Notes under the pieces: generated by a model | What the model saw: the letters and a program-made list of their open reading frames with translations, nothing else | Database searches by the model: none | What the model was told of the DNA's origin: nothing | Part shown: positions 53,844-61,544 of the stretch, piece by piece | How the letters are laid out: every line of letters starts with the position of its first letter | Numbering within the stretch: position 1 is the first letter of the stretch | Position numbers and translations under genes: made by a program | Virus record (IMG/VR): IMGVR_UViG_3300045988_123818 | DNA length: 64,000 nt | Strand: one strand, 5' to 3' | From: a virus

Positions 53844-54415
53844 GTTTCTTCGTTTTTAAATTCATCCTTCTCCTTATGATATATCATTCCGATGTCCTGC
53901 GAAGTCTTACGCGACAACTTCCTTTCGTCATCGTTCTTCTTCCACCTTACCAATCTCTTTGCTATCTCAAACGTCTTTTCCTTCTCAAAGCGCATCTTCC
54001 TACCTCCTTCTTTTACCTCTGTCCAATAGTCGTAAAACTCCGCAAGCATTGGTCTTGGATATATCTCGCCGAATGGTTTGAGCTGCATTCCAAACGCCAA
54101 CTTTCTCTCTTTAAGTTCCTGCTCGGGTGTCCGTTTGGTGTCCGTTTGGTGTCCGCCGACGCTATCTAACCCCTTGGGCTTCAGTGAGATAAGTGTCCGT
54201 TTGGTGTCCGTTTGGTGTCCGTTTGAATATAGAACCTTTAGATCATACAGTTCCGTGAGATACCTGCTTGTCGTTGGTCTTGTAAGTCCAAACCGCTCGC
54301 CTAATTCCTTCATTGACACGTCACATTCACCAGCCTTACCGCATTTCCTCTTGATGTAGATGTACATTCCTATCTTCACCAAGTCAAGGTCAAGTATCTC
54401 ATCGGGAATAGTCAT
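53837..54415 (-). CDS. replication initiator candidate (winged-helix N-terminus) containing internal iterons
   Basis: Lies upstream of and overlapping the loader gene. The N-terminal LGERFGLTRPTTSRYLTELYD looks like an HTH. The repeated HQTDTKRT is encoded by the iterons. Confidence 0.6.
   Translation of the reverse strand: MTIPDEILDLDLVKIGMYIYIKRKCGKAGECDVSMKELGERFGLTRPTTSRYLTELYDLKVLYSNGHQTDTKRTLISLKPKGLDSVGGHQTDTKRTPEQELKERKLAFGMQLKPFGEIYPRPMLAEFYDYWTEVKEGGRKMRFEKEKTFEIAKRLVRWKKNDDERKLSRKTSQDIGMIYHKEKDEFKNEETW
54127..54225. repeat. 11-bp iterons GTGTCCGTTTG in two phased clusters (2.6 and 3 copies)
   Basis: Copies at 54127, 54138 and 54149 (partial), and at 54193, 54204 and 54215. The cluster offset is 66 bp, which is 6 x 11. 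Confidence 0.8.
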
Positions 54416-54416
54416 A

Positions 54417-54695
54417 TTACAGCTTCTTCAAGTTATACCCCGTCACCGCATTAAACCACCGACCTTGCCACTCTCTTGTGTCAATGCTTATGTCGCATCC
54501 CACAGCGTCACCATTGCCCAGTTGGTTCACCACGTCTACTTGCGCCCCTCTAAACGTCACCACTATATTCTTCGGATATTGCAAGCTCGTCACATGCTCT
54601 ATCACAACGTCACGTTCTCTCCACTCTCTGCCAGACTGGCTTATGCCGCTCTTCTCGGGCAGAATCTTTATTATCGGTCCTTCAATATGTATCAT
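54417..54695 (-). CDS. DUF3127-family protein (OB-fold-like)
   Basis: IEGPIIKILPEKSGISQSGREWRERDVVIE...YPKNIVVTFRG...REWQGRWFN fits the DUF3127 pattern as I recall it. Confidence 0.65.
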   Translation of the reverse strand: MIHIEGPIIKILPEKSGISQSGREWRERDVVIEHVTSLQYPKNIVVTFRGAQVDVVNQLGNGDAVGCDISIDTREWQGRWFNAVTGYNLKKL

Positions 54696-54698
54696 CTT

Positions 54699-54795
54699 AA
54701 TTCCTAATTTATTAATTCAAAACAAAGTCAAAAATCAAAAATTCATAATTGCGCCCCGGCGCAACAATTCCTAATTCCTAACTCATAATTCCTAA
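54699..54795. promoter_or_regulatory. AT-rich leader with four AATTCCTAA boxes and a GC hairpin
   Basis: Boxes at 54699, 54766, 54773 and 54787. The palindrome ttgcgcc-cc-ggcgcaa lies at 54749-54764. Confidence 0.5.
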
Positions 54796-54799
54796 TTCT

Positions 54800-55219
54800 C
54801 TACACCCACCCTGCGCCACCGCTTGCCAGCTCTGCCTTTGCGTATCTCAGACCTCTCTCGTCGTCCTTGTCCGGTATCATCACCTCGTTCATCGACGCAT
54901 AATCCAGGAAGTTCCTTATCACGCTCGACATTTCAGCTGTAGTCAGGTAACACAGCGGTTTTGGTTTTTTACTTCCGTCTGCCAGGAATATATGCGGACA
55001 CACGTCCTGCTGTATCGTCCGTAGCACACTATAGAATATCTCGCCCTGCTTGTATCCGTAGTAACTGATGATGAAGTTCAGATAAGCCATCTGCTTGTTC
55101 GTAGCCACCTCTCTGTGCTTCACTATGTCTATTGCATACCCGCAGTCGCGAGCCTTGTCTATCTCTCTCATTGCAGCCATATACTGCCTTGGGTCATTCA
55201 GCCGCTCAAAAGTCGCCAT
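54800..55219 (-). CDS. hypothetical protein (139 aa)
   Basis: Long ORF. Confidence 0.7.
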   Translation of the reverse strand: MATFERLNDPRQYMAAMREIDKARDCGYAIDIVKHREVATNKQMAYLNFIISYYGYKQGEIFYSVLRTIQQDVCPHIFLADGSKKPKPLCYLTTAEMSSVIRNFLDYASMNEVMIPDKDDERGLRYAKAELASGGAGWV

Positions 55220-55251
55220 ACCCCCTTACCCCCTTTCCAATTATTTCATTA

Positions 55252-55470
55252 TTAATGCATCAAAATAGTACCATTAAAATGTTGCCAATTTTCAAGCAAC
55301 CGCCTTTGAAGTTCTCTTTTGACTTCGTTTAAGCATTTCAACTTCCACTTTGTGCAGCGTCCTTTTACAACAAATTCGCTATAAGGGATTAACCACAATC
55401 CGCTTGTCGTATGTCGCATATGACGCTCAACGTGCTTCGCTGCCTTCTTTATCTTCCTCGGTACTCTCAT
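55252..55470 (-). CDS. small basic protein (72 aa), N-terminus MRVPRKIKKAAK
   Basis: ORF. Confidence 0.5.
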   Translation of the reverse strand: MRVPRKIKKAAKHVERHMRHTTSGLWLIPYSEFVVKGRCTKWKLKCLNEVKRELQRRLLENWQHFNGTILMH

Positions 55471-55714
55471 GTAGCAAATCGTTTTTAAAACGCATCATTA
55501 CCTCCTCAAAACTACACTCCTTGCTCTGAAGGTTCTTGACAAAATCTTGTAGCGCATCTACAACCTTGTAATCAGAATCATATTTTTTAATAAAGGCAGA
55601 ATCTTTTAATATGCAATTTATGATAAACTTTAGTGCTTCTATCACACGTTTATCACCACTATTCCGTACAAGTTCGTTATAGTCCTTTACGGATATTGTT
55701 ACCCTTGGTTCCAT
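55427..55714 (-). CDS. hypothetical protein (95 aa)
   Basis: ORF. Confidence 0.6.
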   Translation of the reverse strand: MEPRVTISVKDYNELVRNSGDKRVIEALKFIINCILKDSAFIKKYDSDYKVVDALQDFVKNLQSKECSFEEVMMRFKNDLLHESTEEDKEGSEAR

Positions 55715-55725
55715 AATTCCTATTT

Positions 55726-56022
55726 TTAAAGTTCATCAAATTCTTTTTGCAAACGCTTCTCTGTCTCCACTAATAAATCAAGGAGTTTATTTTTAAACTC
55801 CCTGTCGAGTTCTAAAAGTAAATCAATGCTCTTCAATGCCCCTTCTTTTGGTCCCCCACTAATAAATAGATAATTAGTGTTTTTACAAGCATCTATACAC
55901 CTACTCTTAATGATAGCTTTTTGATATACTTCTTCTTTCATATTGTTGTTTGTTAAAACTTCTTCAAGACAGACAAGCACAGCAAACTGGAGTTTTGTCA
56001 GGGCTTTCACCTGTAGTTTCAC
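55726..56022 (-). CDS. hypothetical protein (98 aa)
   Basis: ORF. Confidence 0.6.
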   Translation of the reverse strand: MKLQVKALTKLQFAVLVCLEEVLTNNNMKEEVYQKAIIKSRCIDACKNTNYLFISGGPKEGALKSIDLLLELDREFKNKLLDLLVETEKRLQKEFDEL

Positions 56023-56045
56023 GTCATTTTGCGGACGTTCCTTGT

Positions 56046-56077
56046 CTTGCTTTATTAGGCAAGGCTAATAAAGCAAG
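56046..56077. terminator. perfect 13-bp hairpin at an operon boundary
   Basis: cttgctttattag-gcaagg-ctaataaagcaag. There is no clear U-tract. Confidence 0.45.
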
Positions 56078-56195
56078 GCTTGAAACCTTTGCTGAATTGT
56101 CTATGCGGTAATTGATATTTTACGGCTACAGCAAATGCCAACCAGTCTAAAACGGCTCAACTTCATACTGTACTTGCTGTCAGGGAGAGTGCTTA

Positions 56196-56978
56196 TTACT
56201 TGGTCATCATGATCTGCGGCACATTTCCGTAAACCGGGAGCTTGCCATCCCACTTCTCAATCCACATCTTTTTGAGGATTGCAGGAGTGAGACTTGCAGA
56301 CTTGAGTTCGTTGGCCTCGCGCTCAGCACGTGCCTGCACGAGCATCTTCTCGGCTTCTGCCTTCTTGACGGCAACCTCGTTGAGTGCTCGCTGCGCCTCC
56401 TGAATGGCCTTGTTCTTCTGGTTGACTGCCTGCACGATAGAGTTTGGGTATTTGAGACCAGAGGTGAGTTGTTCGAGATGGAAGTGCTCATTGGCAAGTG
56501 CTTCGCTTAGTTGTGCCTCTATAGCACGTTCAACAGTATCGCGATTGCTGACAATCTGGTCGGTGGTGTACTTGTTAAGCTGTATACGGAAGGCATCCTT
56601 GACGTAGTTGTACAGCGTACCATTGACAATACTGCCGAGTTCTTTGCGGTACTTTTTGAATACCTTGGGGGCGTTGCCGTCAATCATCTTGAGAGAGACT
56701 GTAGGGTCTACTGTGAACGCAGAACCGTCCTTTGCATTAACGGTGAAAGCGGGGTAGTCGATGGTCTGGACGAACGTGGGGTACTCGTAGACCTCCTCGG
56801 TGAAGGGGTTGTACCACACACGGCCAGTGACGAGACTAACGTCGTCAACACCCTTGTCTGTACCATAAAGGTTAACGAGGATACCCTCGGAGCCTGCGTC
56901 GATGCGCTCGCTGCAAGAGGTTAGAGACACGGCTGCTGCGAGCAGCGAAAACATACAGATTGATTTAATTTTACTCAT
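56196..56978 (-). CDS. SPFH/Band-7 (prohibitin-like) lipoprotein
   Basis: Signal peptide and lipobox (AAAVSLTSC). An SPFH-like core is followed by an Ala/Glu-rich helix, AQRALNEVAVKKAEAEKMLVQARAEREANE. Confidence 0.75.
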   Translation of the reverse strand: MSKIKSICMFSLLAAAVSLTSCSERIDAGSEGILVNLYGTDKGVDDVSLVTGRVWYNPFTEEVYEYPTFVQTIDYPAFTVNAKDGSAFTVDPTVSLKMIDGNAPKVFKKYRKELGSIVNGTLYNYVKDAFRIQLNKYTTDQIVSNRDTVERAIEAQLSEALANEHFHLEQLTSGLKYPNSIVQAVNQKNKAIQEAQRALNEVAVKKAEAEKMLVQARAEREANELKSASLTPAILKKMWIEKWDGKLPVYGNVPQIMMTK

Positions 56979-57171
56979 TGTTTTTATTATTTTTAAAAGT
57001 GAGACAATTCGTTGCTAAGGACAAGAGCGTCCAAAATAAAAGGATTGCTACGCTAATCAGATTTGTTGCTGTGTCAGCTTTACTTACACCTCTCAGCGCA
57101 ATGCTGACAACAATGAGTGTTGTAACAACCCACACCACAAAAGCGGTTACTTTCCATTTAGATATTTTCAT
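56971..57171 (-). CDS. 2-TM small membrane protein (66 aa)
   Basis: Overlaps the SPFH gene start by 8 nt. Confidence 0.55.
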   Translation of the reverse strand: MKISKWKVTAFVVWVVTTLIVVSIALRGVSKADTATNLISVAILLFWTLLSLATNCLTFKNNKNNE

Positions 57172-57185
57172 TTTGTTCTATTTTC

Positions 57186-57905
57186 TTACATTAATACAAT
57201 TTTCAATCCCTTCTTCGCCACCCATGTCGGCACACCAGTCTGTCCCGCCACCGTCAGCTCAGCGTGTTTCTCGTCCAGATGTCTCTCGCTTGCATGTATC
57301 AGCGTTATCGTTCTCGCTGTCTTGTCCGCCTCGCACATCTTCAAGTACTCCACACAATGCTTCAAGCTCATGTGACTCAGCCTTATTCTGTCCGCTTGTG
57401 ATGCTACCGTACGTCCTCCTCTCACAGCTTCGTCAAGCATATCGTCCTGATAATTCGCCTCGATAAGATAATGCGACACTCCCTTCACCACTTGATGCAG
57501 ATTCCAACAGTCCGTAGCAAACATGAGCGTCTTTATCTCTGGATGATGCACAAGATAAGCGAAGCATTCCACGTCATGCTCAACTTTCAGAGGCGTTACT
57601 CTAAAGTCTCCAACTTGATATGTCTTGCCATGCTCCACCGCCGTAACGCCAAATTTATTGTTCTCTTTTACAGCAGCTGTCGAGTATACGTCTATCCCGG
57701 CACTGGTAAACTCACGCACATACTTACAATGGTCTCCATGTTCATGACTTACTATCATGCCACAAGCACGACTTCTTTTAAGCCTTCCTACGTCTTGATA
57801 TTCTCTCAAATGACAGCCAGCCTCAATCAGAAGCTGGTCGCCATTCTCTGCTTCGAGCAGATAGCCATTGCCCTTACTCGAACTGCCTACGATGCGTAGT
57901 TCCAT
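57186..57905 (-). CDS. metallo-beta-lactamase-fold hydrolase (probable nuclease)
   Basis: The HxHxDH motif appears as SHEHGDH. Directly downstream of RecT. Confidence 0.8.
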   Translation of the reverse strand: MELRIVGSSSKGNGYLLEAENGDQLLIEAGCHLREYQDVGRLKRSRACGMIVSHEHGDHCKYVREFTSAGIDVYSTAAVKENNKFGVTAVEHGKTYQVGDFRVTPLKVEHDVECFAYLVHHPEIKTLMFATDCWNLHQVVKGVSHYLIEANYQDDMLDEAVRGGRTVASQADRIRLSHMSLKHCVEYLKMCEADKTARTITLIHASERHLDEKHAELTVAGQTGVPTWVAKKGLKIVLM

Positions 57906-58807
57906 TACTTAAACGGATTATCGTCCTCTGCAGCCGTGGCAGCTTCCGCGCTTGCAGCGCCATCATTCACCACTTCTCCCGTCTCTGCGTCCACGTTGAT
58001 CACCTCCTTGGCTTCCGCAAATTCCGTATCACGATAGTCTTCTATCGTTGGAGCATCGTCCACACTAAAGGCATTCTGCATTTCGATACTCAAATATCCT
58101 TCCTTTGAGAGAAGTCTACGGAGTACGGTCTTTTTTGCCATCTCGTTAAAATTGCCGTACCATCCAATAGATTTACCTGGGCCTTGTTTCAACTGACGTT
58201 CTGCAAGCTCTGCCAGTTCCTCGTTCGACATTTTGCAGTTCTTCATCGATGGCGAGTATATTTTACAATAAGTAGCCATTTCGTCGATGGTCATATACAG
58301 CATACTTCTAAAGCCATTCTTCAATTCAAAGAAGGAGAAGTAGCCAACAGGCTTTTCCGACAATTTCTCTCCATTGAGATTAAATCCGCCTGTAAGCTTG
58401 TCGAAATCTTGAAGTTCGCCTTCATATACCACACCTGCATTGATTATTTTGTAGAGTCCGCTTCGGATTGCCAACTGAAATAAGCCCTTGTAGCCGATAA
58501 TCATTGTTGGAGTATTACCGTAAGCCACGAGATAAGCATAGCCTAACTGTTTACTTAACGGTAATTTTAACGAGGCTGCCTTCATTGCTTCTGCCATCAA
58601 CAACTTAGGGTCACACGCCCATAGTTTTGGTTCACCCGTGAATATCTCCATGAGTGATGTGGCGAACACTCCAGAATTCTCCCTAAGTACAGTCTTCAAC
58701 TCTTGCTGATAATAACTACTATCTACGATTTTTTTGAAAGCCAATACAGCATTTTGTTTGACTGTTCGTTGTGGCTGTTGGGCCACCGCTGTTGTTGTCT
58801 GTGTCAT
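57905..58807 (-). CDS. recT: RecT-family single-strand annealing protein
   Basis: GYKGLFQLAIRSGLYKIINAGVVYEGE is the RecT core pattern. The C-terminus is acidic. Confidence 0.8.
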   Translation of the reverse strand: MTQTTTAVAQQPQRTVKQNAVLAFKKIVDSSYYQQELKTVLRENSGVFATSLMEIFTGEPKLWACDPKLLMAEAMKAASLKLPLSKQLGYAYLVAYGNTPTMIIGYKGLFQLAIRSGLYKIINAGVVYEGELQDFDKLTGGFNLNGEKLSEKPVGYFSFFELKNGFRSMLYMTIDEMATYCKIYSPSMKNCKMSNEELAELAERQLKQGPGKSIGWYGNFNEMAKKTVLRRLLSKEGYLSIEMQNAFSVDDAPTIEDYRDTEFAEAKEVINVDAETGEVVNDGAASAEAATAAEDDNPFK

Positions 58808-59013
58808 TTTTCTATATATTTTATCAGTTCTTCTTTACTTTTAAACACGTGCTCCTCCTTTACGGGAGGAAACACGCAAAATCTATATTGCACGAATGGC
58901 TTTGATGTACCAAGCACTTGCACGTCCACTCCTGTTATCTTGCAGCATTGTGCTCGGTAATCATCCAGAAACCACACCGCGTCACCGATATTGTGCTTAG
59001 TCTTTATATCCAT
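58804..59013 (-). CDS. hypothetical protein (69 aa)
   Basis: Coupled ORF. Confidence 0.55.
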   Translation of the reverse strand: MDIKTKHNIGDAVWFLDDYRAQCCKITGVDVQVLGTSKPFVQYRFCVFPPVKEEHVFKSKEELIKYIEK

Positions 59014-61045
59014 AGCGCTCTATCGTTAGCTCCTTGTCTTCTGTCACCATCAGTCTTATCTGCTGTCCTCCGTCATACAACGGATTCAGCACTGCCTCGG
59101 CATTGTCTATCATGCAAGGCACGTTCACTTGATAGTATTCCTTCAAAGCTCTCGCGATATCCAGTCCAGCATTCATCTTTGCAGCTGTGTTCGAGTCAGA
59201 ATAGGGCACACCGTCCACCGAGCACTCACACCAAGGCTTGTCTGTTCCGTCCAACTGTCGTCTGAACATCGACCACTTTACCAGTCTAAAGTGTTTGTTT
59301 ACGATGTTCTCCATAGCCTCGCAGGCCATCTTCTGATAGTCGCTCACGGCTGCTATCTTGTCGTCAAGCTCGTCAAGCTGCTCTTGCCATACCTTTCGGT
59401 CGTTCTTCACAGCCTTTATCTGCTCGTTCACCTTATCCCATTGTGTCCTTACCGAGAGCCGCGCGTGTAGCGCATCCAACTCCGCCTCCTGGTCTTTTAT
59501 CTTCTTTTCCAAGTCGGCCTTAAGCTTCTTGTCCTCTTCGCTCATGCCCTCGTCAGTCGGCTTCTCCTGCTCAGCCTCTACCTTCTCTATACGGTCGCAC
59601 ACCTGCTTGTATTCTGGCTTCTCCGCAAGCAGTGTCTCTACACTCACCTTCTCATTTCCCTTCTTTACCTGTTCCTCCAGTGCCTTTTGGGCCTCTTTTA
59701 ACACTACTTCTGCCTTGTCAAGTTGCGTCTGTGTGGTCTTCTGATCCAGCTTGAAGCTTTCAATCTCCTTCTCACACGCCTTTACATCTTCTTTTATTTT
59801 TGTAGCGTCATTTCTCAGTTTCTTAAGGTCCTCAGCTTGGTTGTTGAGGAAAGCCTTTTCCGATTCCTCTTTTATCTTCTGCACCTGGTCCTCAGGCAAA
59901 GGCTGCTTGCAGGTAGGACAGAAGGCATCATCCTCGTTCCATTCCCACGTTCTTGCCTTTATAATACTCCACTTTGCTGCTCCGTCTGCCATCTCTGCGT
60001 TAAGTTCGCTGATACGGGTGTTGCATCTATTAATAGACTCGTCATACGACTTTACTTTTTTCTTCAAGTCCTCTACAGTTTGTTCAGCTTCCGTCACAGC
60101 CTTATCACATGCTGTCTTTGCCTCAGCGTTAGCCTTTATTATCTCGCCCAACATGCGCTGTGCCGAATTTTCCATCATGCGCTTGCGCTTGTGGTCAAGG
60201 TTCAGAATGTTTATATTCTGCTGTTTGCGTACCAAGTCTGCACCACCGCCGTTTATGGTGTTCAGACTATTGCGCATCTTGTCTATTTCCAGCCCTTTAT
60301 CGTCAATCTGCTTCTCTATCGCGTCCCAGTCTTCCGCTTTTGGCACCACCTTATTCAACGATCCAAGCCTTACGGGTATATCGTCAAGCTTGTCCTGTAT
60401 TTCCTTGCGATTGTATTTCAGATGTTTCAGCTCCTTGTCGATGTCTTCCTTCTCAAGCAGTTCTTTCACAGCGTCAAAGCGTGCGTCGCCACCCGTCACA
60501 TCCTCCACACTCGGAACGCCGTACATGTCGTTCAGCATCTTGCGCTGCTCGCTCCATTCCATTCCTACAAAAGCATAAGGCGATGAACAGAGCCTGAACA
60601 CCTTTTCCGGACAAATCCTGTCAACAACCTTCTTAAAGTCTCCAGCTGTCACTACCTCTCCGTCTACCTTGTACGTGTAGTTGTTAGTCACGCTACCATC
60701 TTTCTTGCGTGTCTCGGTAAGTATTCGGGTTAGCAAATGGTTCCCTGTCCACAAGGGTATGCCTTCAAGAAAGTCCGAGTCGTCACGCGTGCACAACCTA
60801 ATCTCAACCGAGTGTTCCACATCTTCAATCTCGTTGCCGTGCTCGTCCTTGGTCTTTATACCAAACTTGGTGTCACCAGCTTGGTTCGTTCCAAACAGTA
60901 CCCAACTAATAGCGTCTGCTATCGTCGATTTACCTATGCCGTTACAGCCTTTCACCACATTGATGCGGCTGCTAAACTCGTAATCGGCTTTTTCCGCACC
61001 CTTGAAGTACCTCAGGTGCAACTCGTAAATACATATCTCTTTCAT
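58997..61045 (-). CDS. SbcC/Rad50-like SMC ATPase
   Basis: Walker A GCNGIGKST. A long coiled coil with a central CPTC zinc hook. C-terminal CMIDNAE resembles Walker B. Confidence 0.85.
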   Translation of the reverse strand: MKEICIYELHLRYFKGAEKADYEFSSRINVVKGCNGIGKSTIADAISWVLFGTNQAGDTKFGIKTKDEHGNEIEDVEHSVEIRLCTRDDSDFLEGIPLWTGNHLLTRILTETRKKDGSVTNNYTYKVDGEVVTAGDFKKVVDRICPEKVFRLCSSPYAFVGMEWSEQRKMLNDMYGVPSVEDVTGGDARFDAVKELLEKEDIDKELKHLKYNRKEIQDKLDDIPVRLGSLNKVVPKAEDWDAIEKQIDDKGLEIDKMRNSLNTINGGGADLVRKQQNINILNLDHKRKRMMENSAQRMLGEIIKANAEAKTACDKAVTEAEQTVEDLKKKVKSYDESINRCNTRISELNAEMADGAAKWSIIKARTWEWNEDDAFCPTCKQPLPEDQVQKIKEESEKAFLNNQAEDLKKLRNDATKIKEDVKACEKEIESFKLDQKTTQTQLDKAEVVLKEAQKALEEQVKKGNEKVSVETLLAEKPEYKQVCDRIEKVEAEQEKPTDEGMSEEDKKLKADLEKKIKDQEAELDALHARLSVRTQWDKVNEQIKAVKNDRKVWQEQLDELDDKIAAVSDYQKMACEAMENIVNKHFRLVKWSMFRRQLDGTDKPWCECSVDGVPYSDSNTAAKMNAGLDIARALKEYYQVNVPCMIDNAEAVLNPLYDGGQQIRLMVTEDKELTIERYGYKD

Positions 61046-61049
61046 ATTA

Positions 61050-61256
61050 TCAAAATTTAGAATCCTTCAAATATATTGTTACACCGTTCAGAGTCTTGAA
61101 GTAGTTTATGTCGCCATCTTTCAATAGTTCCTTCAATACCTCCCTTAAATCCTCCTGTACGGCTGTCTTCAATTCTGCAAAGCTCACACCCATCGGTCTC
61201 TTTGTATCGTCGGGCATCATCTTCTGCAGCTTCTGTAAAACATATTCCTTGTTCAT
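61050..61256 (-). CDS. hypothetical protein (68 aa)
   Basis: ORF preceded by promoter-like motif copy A. Confidence 0.6.
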   Translation of the reverse strand: MNKEYVLQKLQKMMPDDTKRPMGVSFAELKTAVQEDLREVLKELLKDGDINYFKTLNGVTIYLKDSKF

Positions 61257-61353
61257 GTTATATTTTGTTTTATAGTTTCGTAGTAAAATGCTGTTCTATT
61301 CTCACGAACCGAACAACAAGAGTGTTGTATGACAAATAAAATTAAGATTTTCG

Positions 61354-61433
61354 TGGGGGCAGAGGGAATCGAACCCTCACATCGGAACCACTTCTTTATA
61401 ACTCTACGCTACCCAAGCCGTAGTCACGCCCCC
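61354..61433 (-). ncRNA. tRNA-like element with acceptor, D and T arms but no foldable anticodon arm
   Basis: The reverse complement is GGGGGCG-TGA-CTAC-GGCTTGG-GTAG...GAGGG-TTCGATT-CCCTC-TGCCCCC-A. The acceptor stem is 7 bp and the T-loop is canonical. The middle 25 nt, around AGAGTTATAAAGAAG, cannot form a 5-bp stem. Confidence 0.45.
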
Positions 61434-61544
61434 TTAAAACTGTCCTATGCTCACGCACCAGACAGGCAAAAAGTCTTGTAATACACGTTATAGCCACTGC
61501 TATCATCTAACATTAATAACATTTTACATACCAATATGAGCTTA

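Noticed and set aside
59723-60586. The 287-aa and 275-aa plus-strand ORFs opposite the SbcC-like gene.
   Set aside because: They are antisense to a coiled-coil (K/E/L-rich) gene, which keeps the opposite strand stop-free. They are Leu/Phe/Ser-rich nonsense.
61354-61433. The tRNA-like element considered as an attP core or evidence of integration into a tRNA gene.
   Set aside because: Both acceptor halves are present, so it is not just a 3-prime fragment. No integrase is nearby. The flanking repeats look like promoter motifs rather than att duplications.
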